From assembly GCA_021731245.1 (NCBI GenBank), contig JAKFXT010000002.1, positions 24,164 to 88,163 on the forward strand: DNA of 64,000 nucleotides. The letters run 5' to 3'. The notes below the pieces were generated by a model, which saw only the letters and a program-made list of their open reading frames with translations, was not told the origin of the DNA and searched no databases. The stretch is from Patescibacteria group bacterium (GTDB lineage Bacteria; Patescibacteriota; Minisyncoccia; Phycocordibacterales; JAKFXT01). Within the stretch, counting starts at the first letter, position 1, and every line of letters starts with the position of its first letter. Both the position numbers and the translations under genes were made by a program. Shown in pieces: positions 21,853 to 31,516 of this stretch.

Positions 21853-22662
21853 ATGGCTTATAAATCAAGAATAACCACTCGAGGTTTGTTTGAAGCTAAG
21901 GATACAAGTCCCTATAAAATTTCTAGATCAAAATTGGATTTATTTTCTGATTGTCGTCGTTGTGCTTATTTAGATATGAGATTGGGCGTGAAGAGGCCTT
22001 CGATGCCAGCTTTTACTTTGAATAATGCCGTGGACGAACTTTTAAAAAGAGAGTTCGATATACACAGGGCTAATGGAACGGTCCACCCACTTCTTAATAG
22101 TTACGGGGTAAAGGCAATTCCATTTAACGATGAGCGAATGGATGAGTGGAGAGACGCACTTCGTCGTGGCATATCTTATTTTCACGAGCCAACAAATATA
22201 ATTTTAAGAGGTGGCGTGGATGATGTTTGGATAAATGATGATAAAGAAATAATAATTGTTGATTATAAAGCAACAAGTAAAAAAATTGGCCCATCATCTG
22301 GTGAAGATCTTTATCCTTCATATAAAAAACAAATGGAGATATATCAGTGGCTCTTTAGGAAAAATGGATTCAAAGTTTCGCCAATTGGATATTTTGTTTA
22401 TGTAAACGGTAAATCTGATGCCAAAGCATTTGATGCCAAATTAGAATTTGATTTGAAACTGATTCCTTATGAAGGAAATGATTCTTGGATAGAAGAAATG
22501 TTGTTTGATTTAAAGAAAACATTACTCTCTGATCAAATACCAGAAGTTGGGATTTCGTTTGGCGGTGGCCCTTGCGAATATTGTTCTTACAGAGAGGATG
22601 CGGGTAAGATTTTAATGTCAATTCATTCTAAAAATAAAAATGGTAAAAAAGAGTCTATTTAA
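21853..22662 (+). CDS. PD-(D/E)xK nuclease superfamily protein (RecB/Cas4-like) with N- and C-terminal Cys pairs
   Basis: CxxC near the N-terminus (CRRCAY) and CxxC near the C-terminus (PCEYC). A GGVDD...IIVDYK motif (D...D/ExK) lies between them. Confidence 0.5.
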   Translation: MAYKSRITTRGLFEAKDTSPYKISRSKLDLFSDCRRCAYLDMRLGVKRPSMPAFTLNNAVDELLKREFDIHRANGTVHPLLNSYGVKAIPFNDERMDEWRDALRRGISYFHEPTNIILRGGVDDVWINDDKEIIIVDYKATSKKIGPSSGEDLYPSYKKQMEIYQWLFRKNGFKVSPIGYFVYVNGKSDAKAFDAKLEFDLKLIPYEGNDSWIEEMLFDLKKTLLSDQIPEVGISFGGGPCEYCSYREDAGKILMSIHSKNKNGKKESI

Positions 22663-22930
22663 AGAAAGGGTTCAGAGAGCCGTAAGAAGTATCCCGAAAG
22701 GGAAAACTTTTTCTTATGGGGAAATTGCCAAAATGTCTGGTAATCCAGGCGCTGGAAGAGCTGTCGGAACTATAATGGCTAATAATTTTGATAAAACCAT
22801 TCCATGTCACAGGGTTGTGAAAGCAGGTGGAAAAATTGGTAACTACAATCGCGGAGGAATTAGTAAAAAGATAGAATTATTGAAAAAAGAAGGAGTTGAA
22901 ATTAAAGCTGGCAGTGTGGTAAAACAATAA
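22640..22930 (+). CDS. Methylated-DNA-protein-cysteine methyltransferase DNA-binding domain protein (MGMT family, 96 aa)
   Basis: The active-site signature IPCHRVV (PCHR) and an HTH segment. Stand-alone C-terminal Ogt domain. Confidence 0.7.
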   Translation: MVKKSLFKERVQRAVRSIPKGKTFSYGEIAKMSGNPGAGRAVGTIMANNFDKTIPCHRVVKAGGKIGNYNRGGISKKIELLKKEGVEIKAGSVVKQ

Positions 22931-22931
22931 A

Positions 22932-24686
22932 ATGACTTCTGAAGAAATACGTAAACGCTTTTTAACTTTTTTTGAGACTAGAGGGCATAAAATTATACCC
23001 TCAGCTTCACTTGTGCCAGAAAATGACCCCACTGTCCTTTTTAATACAGCGGGAATGCAACCTTTAGTCCCGTATCTTATGGGAACACTTCATCCTGCTG
23101 GAAAACGCCTTGTAGATGTACAAAAATGTGTTCGCACTGGAGACCTTGAAGATATAGGCGACAATAGACATTTTTCTTTTTTTGAAATGATGGGAAATTG
23201 GTCTTTAGGTGATTATTTTAAAAAAGAAGCAATAACCTGGAGCTACGAATTCCTTACTTCTAAAGATGAAGGTTTGGGATTAGACCCATCTCGTCTTTAT
23301 GTAACTTGCTTTGAGGGCGATGACAATGCTCCGAAGGATGATGAATCTCCTAAGATTTGGATGGATTTAGGAATTCCTAAAGAAAGAATTTATTTTTTAG
23401 GAGCCGAAGATAATTGGTGGAGTCCAGGAGACAATGGTCCGTGCGGACCTGATACTGAGATGTTCTATGATTTTACTGAAAAAGGTACGGGGAAACTTTC
23501 TAAAGAAGAGTTTCTTAGTGCTGTAAAAAGTGAACATCTTATTGAAATCTGGAATGATGTTTTTATGGAGTATCAAAAAAAGGATGGAAAAGTTATCGGT
23601 AAATTAACTCAAAAAAACGTAGATACGGGCGCTGGGCTTGAGCGTATAAGCGCTTTGATGCAGAAAAAGAAAACGGCATACGACACAGATCTTTTTGAAG
23701 GAATTATGAGTAAAATAAAGGATTTTTCATTGGAACCAAATACCAAATCAATGAGAATAGTAGCCGATCACATTAGAACTTCTGTTTTTCTTATAGCTGA
23801 TGGAGTTACTCCTTCTAATACAGACCAAGGATATATTTTGCGTCGACTTTTGCGTCGGGCTGTCACTTCCGCTGATAAACTTAAAATGAAAAGTGGAGAT
23901 ATTTCACTATTGGCCGATGTAGTTATAGAAAAATATCAAAATATTTATTCAAATCTTAAAGAAAAAGAAATTGATATAAAACGCGAGATAAATGAAGAGG
24001 AAACAAGGTTTAGAAAAACTCTTACAGAAGGATTGAAGGAATTCAAAAAACTTTCAACAGGTAAGATTACAGGACATGAAGCTTTCACCCTCTTTTCTAC
24101 TTATGGCTTTCCATTTGAAATGACGAGAGAGCTGGCTATTGAATTTGGCAAAGAAATTGACGAGAATGCTTTTAAAGAAGAAATGATGAAGCATCAAGAA
24201 ATATCGCGCGTAGGAGCTGAACAAAAATTTAAAGGGGGTCTTGGAGACACGAGTGAAGTGTCTGTTAAATATCACACAGCTACTCACTTGCTTCACCAGG
24301 CACTTCGAGATGTTTTAGGAGACAAAGTTTATCAAAAAGGAAGTAATATAACACCGGAGAGATTGCGTTTTGATTTTTCATATGGAGAAAAGATGACTCC
24401 AGAGCAGAAAAAATTAGTAGAAGATTTAATTAATGACAAAATAAATCAGTCTTTACCTGTAACATATGAAGATTTACCAATAGACGAGGCTAAGAAAAAG
24501 GGGGCTATCGGATTATTTGAAGAAAAATATGGAGATAAAGTAAGAGTTTATAAAATAGGGGATTTTAGTTTGGAATTTTGTGGAGGCCCTCATGTCAATA
24601 ACACTAAAGAACTTGGTATTTTCAAAATAGAAAAAGAGGAAGCAATTTCGGCTGGAGTAAGAAGAATTAAAGCAACCCTTAAATAA
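22932..24686 (+). CDS. alaS: Alanyl-tRNA synthetase, short form (584 aa) lacking the C-terminal C-Ala/oligomerisation domain
   Basis: Class II AlaRS N-terminus (FFETRGHKIIPSASLVP...) and editing-domain motifs HxxxH (HTATHLLH) and CGGPH. Confidence 0.9.
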   Translation: MTSEEIRKRFLTFFETRGHKIIPSASLVPENDPTVLFNTAGMQPLVPYLMGTLHPAGKRLVDVQKCVRTGDLEDIGDNRHFSFFEMMGNWSLGDYFKKEAITWSYEFLTSKDEGLGLDPSRLYVTCFEGDDNAPKDDESPKIWMDLGIPKERIYFLGAEDNWWSPGDNGPCGPDTEMFYDFTEKGTGKLSKEEFLSAVKSEHLIEIWNDVFMEYQKKDGKVIGKLTQKNVDTGAGLERISALMQKKKTAYDTDLFEGIMSKIKDFSLEPNTKSMRIVADHIRTSVFLIADGVTPSNTDQGYILRRLLRRAVTSADKLKMKSGDISLLADVVIEKYQNIYSNLKEKEIDIKREINEEETRFRKTLTEGLKEFKKLSTGKITGHEAFTLFSTYGFPFEMTRELAIEFGKEIDENAFKEEMMKHQEISRVGAEQKFKGGLGDTSEVSVKYHTATHLLHQALRDVLGDKVYQKGSNITPERLRFDFSYGEKMTPEQKKLVEDLINDKINQSLPVTYEDLPIDEAKKKGAIGLFEEKYGDKVRVYKIGDFSLEFCGGPHVNNTKELGIFKIEKEEAISAGVRRIKATLK

Positions 24687-24744
24687 AGAAAATACTAACA
24701 GTTGGAAGCTGTAAGGGGTTCACTTATCTTGCTATAATTTATTC

Positions 24745-25950
24745 ATGGCATTTTTCTCTTTTCTTGAAGATAAAAAAAATACTAAAATAAAAATAGTTCT
24801 ATTTTTGGACGCTGGCAAAGGCCATGCGCGCGGTGCGGTTGTTGAAATGCGCAATGATATACCCCATATTCTTTATTCCGTTTCAGGAGAGAAAAAAATA
24901 GGACTACCTGAAAGTAAGGAGTCTTTGTCTCTCGCTATGTCTTCACTAGAAGAGGTTTTGCAAGACATAGCGAGAGCTCTTCAAAAATCAGTATTTAAAA
25001 ATAAAAGTTATGTTGCAGAAGAAGTTTGTTGTATTTTAGCTGAGCCATATTATTTATCGCACACATCTCTAATCACTGAAACACAAAAAGAACCATTTAC
25101 TGTTACGGAGGGAGTTATAAAGAAAATAATGAGCTCGTATCACGAGTTGCTTCCAGAAGCTCACAAAGAGGTTTTACTGGACTCCAATCCTGATGTAATT
25201 CATGAAAAAATAATTGAAGTTCGTATAAATGGATACCACAGCGATAATCCATACGGAAAAATGGCTAATGAATTACAACTTGCGGTATTTAGAACAAAAA
25301 TAAATAAAAATATTGTAGATTCTATAATTAAAATCGTAAAAAAAGTCACACCAGCTCCTCTTTCTGTAGAGCCGTTATCCCTTGCCGCCTTTATCACTGT
25401 CCGTAATAGACTGAGCACAGATAAAGATTTTATTCTAGTTACTGTGGGGAATGATGTTTCCGAAATTTCTTTGATTAGAGATCACGCTCTACTTGAGACA
25501 GTTTCATTTCCTTTTGGTAAACACTCTTTAGCAAGATTAATTGCATCTAAAATCTTTGCCACCCCAGAAGAGGCCTTAACAAGGTTGGGGCTTTATCACG
25601 ATAAAAAACTTTCTAAAGAAAGTGAGGCGGCGTTTTTCCCAGTTATGGAAGAAACTCAGGCTTTGTGGTTTTCATATCTTGAGAAATCATTAGTAAGTCT
25701 TTCAGGGGAAGTGATGATACCGGAAAATATTTATATATTTGTAGACACGGATCTTAAAGACATGCTCGGATCAAACATCACACAAAAAGGTTTTGCGAGT
25801 CAAACACTTGTTCCTAATGGATTCATTATTAATACATTAGATACAAGCGCTCTTTCTGAACAGTGTACTTTTGGGTTGGATATTCGTTTCGACACCATAC
25901 TAGCTATAGCAGCATCGTTCGCTGGAGCATCCAAAGAATCTTTAAGTTAG
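24745..25950 (+). CDS. Actin-like ATPase superfamily protein (PilM/FtsA-like)
   Basis: Phosphate-1-like IVLFLDAGKGHARG, a connect motif EPLSLAAF, and a phosphate-2-like LVTVGNDVSEISLI. The order fits the ASKHA fold. Confidence 0.4.
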   Translation: MAFFSFLEDKKNTKIKIVLFLDAGKGHARGAVVEMRNDIPHILYSVSGEKKIGLPESKESLSLAMSSLEEVLQDIARALQKSVFKNKSYVAEEVCCILAEPYYLSHTSLITETQKEPFTVTEGVIKKIMSSYHELLPEAHKEVLLDSNPDVIHEKIIEVRINGYHSDNPYGKMANELQLAVFRTKINKNIVDSIIKIVKKVTPAPLSVEPLSLAAFITVRNRLSTDKDFILVTVGNDVSEISLIRDHALLETVSFPFGKHSLARLIASKIFATPEEALTRLGLYHDKKLSKESEAAFFPVMEETQALWFSYLEKSLVSLSGEVMIPENIYIFVDTDLKDMLGSNITQKGFASQTLVPNGFIINTLDTSALSEQCTFGLDIRFDTILAIAASFAGASKESLS

Positions 25951-25978
25951 TAATAAATTTGTGATAAAATAGATTTCT

Positions 25979-27340
25979 ATGAAGAGAAAGATTGTACAAG
26001 ATGTAATACCACCTAAAGAAGGACGAAGTATAAGGAATATTCCCATACCACAACGTGTTTCTAAAAATGAAACTTCAGAGATTGAGAGCCGTGTTAACAA
26101 TAATGTGATTAGGCAGGAGGCTGTTATTGGCGAAGATGTCTCTACTCAAAATCGTAAGAAAAATATAGAAGTTACCACTATACCAGCTGTCGAAAAAAAG
26201 AATTTCAGCGGTAAGTTGAAGTTCGTCTTTTTTATTTTAGGAACAGCTATTGTTTTTGGTGGAGGATATTTTATATATCTATTTTTTAATATTGGGGCTG
26301 TGGTAACAGTCACTCCTAAAGAAAAAGAGATTTACGTAGATAATTCCTTCGTATCTAAAAAAACCGCTAAGGAAGGAGAGTTGAATTTTGAAGTAATCTC
26401 ACTTGTGGAAACTATGGAAAAAGCTGTGCCTACAACGGGAGAGAAGAAAGTTGATAAAAAAGCAAGAGGAGAGATTGTCGTATATAACGATTATAGCACC
26501 CAGTCTCAAAGACTTATAAAAAATACTAGATTTGAAACCCCGGAAGGTTTAATTTTCAAATCAGAATCATCTATCGTCGTACCGGGTCAAACTAAAAAAG
26601 ATGGTAAAAGTACACCTGGTAGTGTCGGAGTTGTCGTTGTTGCTGATGAATCTGGAGAAAAATACAATGTGGATTTGAAAGATTTCACTATTCCTGGCTT
26701 TAAAAATGAACCCGAGTATGAAAAGTTTTACGCTCGCTCAAAAACAGCCATGACAGGTGGCTTTAGTGGAATTATAAAGACAGCTTCTCCAACAGATATA
26801 GAAATTGCTCGCAAAGAATTGACCGTAGTGTTGAAAGAAAAAGTACAGAAGGCGGTAAGTGAGAAAGTTCCAGCAGGATTCATTTTATTCGATAATGCTT
26901 TTTTTACATCATTTGAAACATTATCAAACCCGGAAGACAGTAATGTTTCAATGAAAGTTTTAGCAAATGCCATTATCTTTAATAAAGATAATTTAGCTAA
27001 AATATTGGCGGGATTAAAAATAGATGACTATAGGGGAGAAAATATAACTTCTAATGTATTAGACAAAATGTCTCTGAAAGTAGATCCTAAAGAGGCAACA
27101 CCTTGGATTACGGGGGTATTTCCAGTCACTTTTACAGGAACAACTACTTTAACTTGGAATATTGATACGGGTAAACTACGAAAAGACTTGGTTGGTGTGC
27201 CCAAAAACTTTGTCAACGATATATTTAAAAATTATATAGGTATTGATAAGGCTGAAGTTGCTCTAACTCCAACATGGAAATCTGTTTTTCCAGAGGACGA
27301 GGGTAAAATAGAGATAAAGATTAAGCCGTCCCTAGAGTAG
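25979..27340 (+). CDS. Hypothetical bitopic membrane protein. Possibly a PilN/PilO-like partner of the upstream actin-like ATPase.
   Basis: An ~80-aa cytoplasmic N-terminus, one TM helix (FVFFILGTAIVFGGGYFIYLFF) and a ~350-aa extracytoplasmic domain. Confidence 0.35.
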   Translation: MKRKIVQDVIPPKEGRSIRNIPIPQRVSKNETSEIESRVNNNVIRQEAVIGEDVSTQNRKKNIEVTTIPAVEKKNFSGKLKFVFFILGTAIVFGGGYFIYLFFNIGAVVTVTPKEKEIYVDNSFVSKKTAKEGELNFEVISLVETMEKAVPTTGEKKVDKKARGEIVVYNDYSTQSQRLIKNTRFETPEGLIFKSESSIVVPGQTKKDGKSTPGSVGVVVVADESGEKYNVDLKDFTIPGFKNEPEYEKFYARSKTAMTGGFSGIIKTASPTDIEIARKELTVVLKEKVQKAVSEKVPAGFILFDNAFFTSFETLSNPEDSNVSMKVLANAIIFNKDNLAKILAGLKIDDYRGENITSNVLDKMSLKVDPKEATPWITGVFPVTFTGTTTLTWNIDTGKLRKDLVGVPKNFVNDIFKNYIGIDKAEVALTPTWKSVFPEDEGKIEIKIKPSLE

Positions 27341-27491
27341 AGAACCTCAAAATACTAGGCCCCTTGCCGTATATAGCCCTTTAATGCTAGTCTATTTGAA
27401 CTGCAGTCAATTTTGCTGTTTGCTCTGTTTTTATTGACGATTGCAGTATTTTTGTGTTAGGATTCTAACTTCGTTCTACAAATACTTTCTA

Positions 27492-27713
27492 ATGGGTACT
27501 GAAAGAGAAAAGGAAAAAAAAATCGGTATCGTCCTAGAAGCGCTTCCAAATACGCTTTTTCGCGTTGAATTGAAAGACAGTAAAAAGGTGATACTGGGCT
27601 ATTTGTCAGGAAAAATGCGACTTCATAGAATCAGGGTCCTTATTGGAGACACTGTAGAGGTAGAAATAGACCCGTATAACGAGGAAAAAACAAAAATAAT
27701 AAGACGTTCATAA
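27492..27713 (+). CDS. infA: Translation initiation factor IF-1
   Basis: S1-like fold sequence ([54 protein letters not shown]). Promoter TTGACG-N18-TAGGAT at ~27425. Confidence 0.85.
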   Translation: MGTEREKEKKIGIVLEALPNTLFRVELKDSKKVILGYLSGKMRLHRIRVLIGDTVEVEIDPYNEEKTKIIRRS

Positions 27714-27715
27714 AA

Positions 27716-27829
27716 ATGAAAGTAAGAACCTCTGTAAAAACAATCTGTGCTAAATGCAAAATGATTCGAAGAAAAGGTCGGGTCTGTGTAATTTGCGCTG
27801 ACCCAAGACATAAGCAAAGACAAGGTTAA
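27716..27829 (+). CDS. rpmJ: 50S ribosomal protein L36
   Basis: 37-aa [40 protein letters not shown] with the C-x2-C...C-x4-H zinc-ribbon pattern. Not in the ORF track because it is too short. Confidence 0.85.
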   Translation: MKVRTSVKTICAKCKMIRRKGRVCVICADPRHKQRQG

Positions 27830-27844
27830 TTTTAAATATATATT

Positions 27845-28225
27845 ATGCGTATTGTAGGAATAACACTTCCAGATAATAAAAGAATTGAATATGCCCTAAC
27901 AGCTCTTTATGGTATTGGAATTTCTACTTCTCGTTCTATTTTAGATAATGCAAAAGTGGATGCCACTAAAAAAACAAAGGAATTAACTGCGGAAGAAGAG
28001 AATTCAATTCGTACCTTGATTGAAAGTATGAAAATTGAAGGAGATTTGCGCAGAAACGTCGCTTCAAATATTAAACGTCTCAAAGATATAAAGTCTTATA
28101 GGGGGAGTCGTCACACAAAACATTTGCCAGTAAGAGGACAAAGAACGAAGACAAACACTCGTACAGTTCGTGGAAACGTTAGAAGAACTATGGGATCTGG
28201 TCGTCGTGCGGTAGAAAAAACATAA
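27845..28225 (+). CDS. rpsM: 30S ribosomal protein S13
   Basis: MRIVGITLPDNKRIEYALTALYGIG... is the canonical S13 N-terminus. Conserved gene order. Confidence 0.95.
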   Translation: MRIVGITLPDNKRIEYALTALYGIGISTSRSILDNAKVDATKKTKELTAEEENSIRTLIESMKIEGDLRRNVASNIKRLKDIKSYRGSRHTKHLPVRGQRTKTNTRTVRGNVRRTMGSGRRAVEKT

Positions 28226-28226
28226 T

Positions 28227-28661
28227 ATGGGTAAAAAACGCGTAGCTTCAAAATCAGGTGGTGAAGTGGATCAAGGTCTTCGTGCTAAGTCCTTGTCTAA
28301 GGGTGCTAAAAAAAGAATTGATATCGGTGTTCTATATGTTGAATCAACTTACAACAACACCCGTGTTCTCTTGGCTGATAAAAGTGGTAATGCAGTTTGT
28401 GCATCATCAAGTGGCTCTCTAGGGTTTACCGGAGCGAAAAAAGGGACTCCTTTTGCTGCAGCTAAAGTGGGGGAATTGATTGGGGAAAAGGCAGTAGCGG
28501 TTGGGGTAAAAAATGTAGACGTGATAATAAAAGGAGTGGGGTCTGGTCGCGAAGCAGCAGTTAGAGCCTTCACAAGCAAAGGAATAGGATTACTTTCAAT
28601 AAAAGACGTTACACCAGTGCCACACAATGGACCAAAAGCTAAAAAGCCAAGAAGAATTTAA
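28227..28661 (+). CDS. rpsK: 30S ribosomal protein S11
   Basis: Canonical S11 core (YVESTYNNTRVLLADKSGNAVCASSSGSLGFTGAKKGTPFAA). Confidence 0.95.
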   Translation: MGKKRVASKSGGEVDQGLRAKSLSKGAKKRIDIGVLYVESTYNNTRVLLADKSGNAVCASSSGSLGFTGAKKGTPFAAAKVGELIGEKAVAVGVKNVDVIIKGVGSGREAAVRAFTSKGIGLLSIKDVTPVPHNGPKAKKPRRI

Positions 28662-28670
28662 ATAAAATAT

Positions 28671-29282
28671 ATGATAGTAGGACCAAAATATAAAATAGGT
28701 AAAAGATTAGGCGCGGGTGTTTTTGAAAAATGCCAAACTCAAAAGTTTGCCATATCAGAAGCTCGTACTGGTAAGAAAAATAAAGGCCGCCGTGGTGGTC
28801 GTAGTGATTACGCTAAGCAATTTTTGGAAAAACAAAAAGTGCGTTACACCTATGGAATTATGGAGAAGCAATTCAAAAATTACATAATAAAAGCTAATGA
28901 CACTAAAAATATAAAGCCAGCCGATTATCTCTATCAAATGCTTGAACAAAGATTGGATAATGTTGTCTATCGTTTGGGTCTTGCAAAGACAAGACGTGGA
29001 GCAAGACAAATGGTTTCTCACGGCCACATATTATTGAATGGAATTAAAGTAACTGTTCCATCAGCTAATGTGAAAGTCGCTGATGTGATTAAAATTCGTG
29101 AAGGAAGTAAAGTCAGTCCACTTTTTACAAATCTGGAAGAAAGATTTAAGGAATACACAATGCCAGCGTGGGTCTCATTCGATGTTAACAAGGGAGAAGG
29201 CATAGTAAAACAGAATCCAACTTACGAAAGAATGAGTCTTCACTTTGACCTTTCTCCGGTTTTGGAGTTCTACAGTCGTTAA
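28671..29282 (+). CDS. rpsD: 30S ribosomal protein S4
   Basis: S4 domain (YRLGLAKTRRGARQMVSHGHILLNG). Conserved order S13-S11-S4-rpoA-L17. Confidence 0.95.
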   Translation: MIVGPKYKIGKRLGAGVFEKCQTQKFAISEARTGKKNKGRRGGRSDYAKQFLEKQKVRYTYGIMEKQFKNYIIKANDTKNIKPADYLYQMLEQRLDNVVYRLGLAKTRRGARQMVSHGHILLNGIKVTVPSANVKVADVIKIREGSKVSPLFTNLEERFKEYTMPAWVSFDVNKGEGIVKQNPTYERMSLHFDLSPVLEFYSR

Positions 29283-29339
29283 GCATTGATTATTACTAAC
29301 TTTTGTTGTAAAACATTATTCATTATTAATTTTTAATAT

Positions 29340-30299
29340 ATGTCAGAAATAAACGTTATATTGCCATCAAAACCTAAGGTTGTAGAAGAAAGTGCAACTA
29401 GTGGAACTTATGAAATAGACGGCCTTTACCCTGGTTATGGCCATACGCTTGGAAATTCTCTAAGAAGAATAATTCTGTCTTCTCTTCCGGGTGCGGCTAT
29501 TACTAATGTAAAAATAGACGGCGTTAGTCACGAATTCTCAACTGTTTCTGGCATAAAGGAAGATATAGTGACCGTTCTCTTAAATTTGAAGAGAGTTCGC
29601 ATCAAGATGTTGACTGATGAGCCACAAACTCTAAGTATCTCTGTCAAAGGGGCTAAGAGTGTTGAGGCGTCTGACATAAAAGCGCCCGGTCAAGTTGAAA
29701 TAATTAACAAAGACCAGCACATAGCAACTCTTACAGAAAAATCATCTTCTTTTGAAGTAGAGATGAGAGTAGAAAGAGGGATTGGTTTTGTTTCTAAGGA
29801 AAACATACAGAAAGATCGTGTTGAAATTGGCGCCATTGCACTTGATGCAAGTTTTACTCCTATTCGCCGTGTTAACTATGAAGTAGAGAATATGCGCGTT
29901 GGAGACAGAACTGACTTCAATAGATTGAAATTATTTATAGAAACAGACGGAATAATCACTCCTCATGAAGCACTTGAAAAAGCTATTGAAACAATGATTA
30001 ATCAGCTTCGAGCTATTGTTGGTTTCAAAGAAGAAGATTATGCTCTTCCTGCAAAAGAAGAGGTTTCAACTTCAAAAGAAGTTAAAATTTCAATTGACCC
30101 AGAACTCCTTAAAACTAGAATTGAAACTATGGATCTTTCACCAAGAACAATAAACGCCCTTAATACAGCTAATATAAGAACACTAGGCGGACTTGCTCGT
30201 AAAAGAGAGGAGGACATCTTGGATATAGACGGCTTGGGAAGTAAGGGGATGCAAGAAATTAAAAAGGCATTAGCGGGTTTTGGTATCGGTCTTAAGTAA
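29340..30299 (+). CDS. rpoA: DNA-directed RNA polymerase subunit alpha
   Basis: Has the N-terminal dimerisation domain and the C-terminal alphaCTD (DLSPRTINALNTANIRTLGGL). Confidence 0.95.
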   Translation: MSEINVILPSKPKVVEESATSGTYEIDGLYPGYGHTLGNSLRRIILSSLPGAAITNVKIDGVSHEFSTVSGIKEDIVTVLLNLKRVRIKMLTDEPQTLSISVKGAKSVEASDIKAPGQVEIINKDQHIATLTEKSSSFEVEMRVERGIGFVSKENIQKDRVEIGAIALDASFTPIRRVNYEVENMRVGDRTDFNRLKLFIETDGIITPHEALEKAIETMINQLRAIVGFKEEDYALPAKEEVSTSKEVKISIDPELLKTRIETMDLSPRTINALNTANIRTLGGLARKREEDILDIDGLGSKGMQEIKKALAGFGIGLK

Positions 30300-30322
30300 T
30301 ATATAGAAATAATTAAAATTTT

Positions 30323-30673
30323 ATGAGACATCACAGAAAAGGTCGAGCTTTCGCAAGAAAGGATAATCAAAGAAAAGCATTGCTAAGATCTTTAGCGCGT
30401 GGACTTATTCTTAATCAAAAAATGGAAACTTCTATTGCTAAGGCAAAGGAAATTCGTCCTATTATCGAAAAACTTATAACCAAAGCTAAGATAAATAATC
30501 TAACCACAAGAAGACTTCTACAGTCTCGTTTGGGGAATAATGATTCTTCAATAGATAAATTATTTGAAACAGCTAAACGTTTTGAAAAAAGAAACGGTGG
30601 TTATACAAGAATAATAAAATTACCAATTCGTAAGAGTGATAGTAGTGAAAGAGCTATTATTGAATTTGTTTAG
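30323..30673 (+). CDS. rplQ: 50S ribosomal protein L17
   Basis: MRHHRKGRAFARKDNQRKALLRSLA is the canonical L17 N-terminus. Confidence 0.95.
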   Translation: MRHHRKGRAFARKDNQRKALLRSLARGLILNQKMETSIAKAKEIRPIIEKLITKAKINNLTTRRLLQSRLGNNDSSIDKLFETAKRFEKRNGGYTRIIKLPIRKSDSSERAIIEFV

Positions 30674-30685
30674 TAAATTATTTAT

Positions 30686-31033
30686 ATGAAAGAATATACA
30701 ATAGACGCTAAAGAACAAAAACTAGGACGCCTTGCAAGTAAGGTAGCGGTTATTCTTATGGGTAAAAATGTTACAACTTTTCGTAAAAATCTTTTCCCAA
30801 GTACTAAAGTTCATATAATAAACGCATCAAAAATTTCTATAACTGATCGTAAGTTGGATGAAATAACTCATAGTCGTTATTCAGGTTATCCAGACGGACT
30901 TAAACAAAAATCAGGAACAATTATACGTTCACAGAAAGGAACGGAAGAACTCATCCGTCATGCTGTATCACGTATGTTGCCTAAGAACAAACACAGAAGT
31001 GGTATGCTTAAAAACTTAAGTGTTTCAGAGTAA
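30686..31033 (+). CDS. rplM: 50S ribosomal protein L13
   Basis: L13 N-terminal pattern (TIDAKEQKLGRLASKVAVILMGK) and conserved rplM-rpsI pairing. Confidence 0.9.
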   Translation: MKEYTIDAKEQKLGRLASKVAVILMGKNVTTFRKNLFPSTKVHIINASKISITDRKLDEITHSRYSGYPDGLKQKSGTIIRSQKGTEELIRHAVSRMLPKNKHRSGMLKNLSVSE

Positions 31034-31049
31034 ATAAATTTAAAGTATT

Positions 31050-31457
31050 ATGGATACAAATAAAAAAGATAAATATATAGAAGGTGTAGGTCGCAGAAAG
31101 ACAGCCATTGCCAGAGTTCGCATTTCCAAGAATTCAAAGCCAACGTTTGCTGTGAATGGCAAGAAGCTTTCTGAATATTTTGATTTGAAAGAACACCAGC
31201 ATATAGCCCTGGAATCTCTAAAAAAGGCTTCTATGGAAGATTCTTTCTCTATTTCGGCTAAGGTATTAGGAGGCGGTATTGCCGCTCAAGCTGACGCAGT
31301 GCGACACGGTGTAGCGCGTGCTTTAATAGATTTCAACATAGACCTAAGACCAGACTTAAAACACGCTGGGTTCCTTAAGAGAGATCCACGAGCTAAGGAA
31401 CGTAAGAAATTCGGTCTTAAAAAAGCAAGAAAGGCACCTCAGTGGAGTAAGCGCTAA
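31050..31457 (+). CDS. rpsI: 30S ribosomal protein S9
   Basis: The C-terminus (...RDPRAKERKKFGLKKARKAPQWSKR) is canonical S9. Confidence 0.9.
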   Translation: MDTNKKDKYIEGVGRRKTAIARVRISKNSKPTFAVNGKKLSEYFDLKEHQHIALESLKKASMEDSFSISAKVLGGGIAAQADAVRHGVARALIDFNIDLRPDLKHAGFLKRDPRAKERKKFGLKKARKAPQWSKR

Positions 31458-31516
31458 AGAAGAGAAATTTCCTCTTGACTTTTGGGTTAGTTTTTAGAAA
31501 AATAATATTTTTTGAT

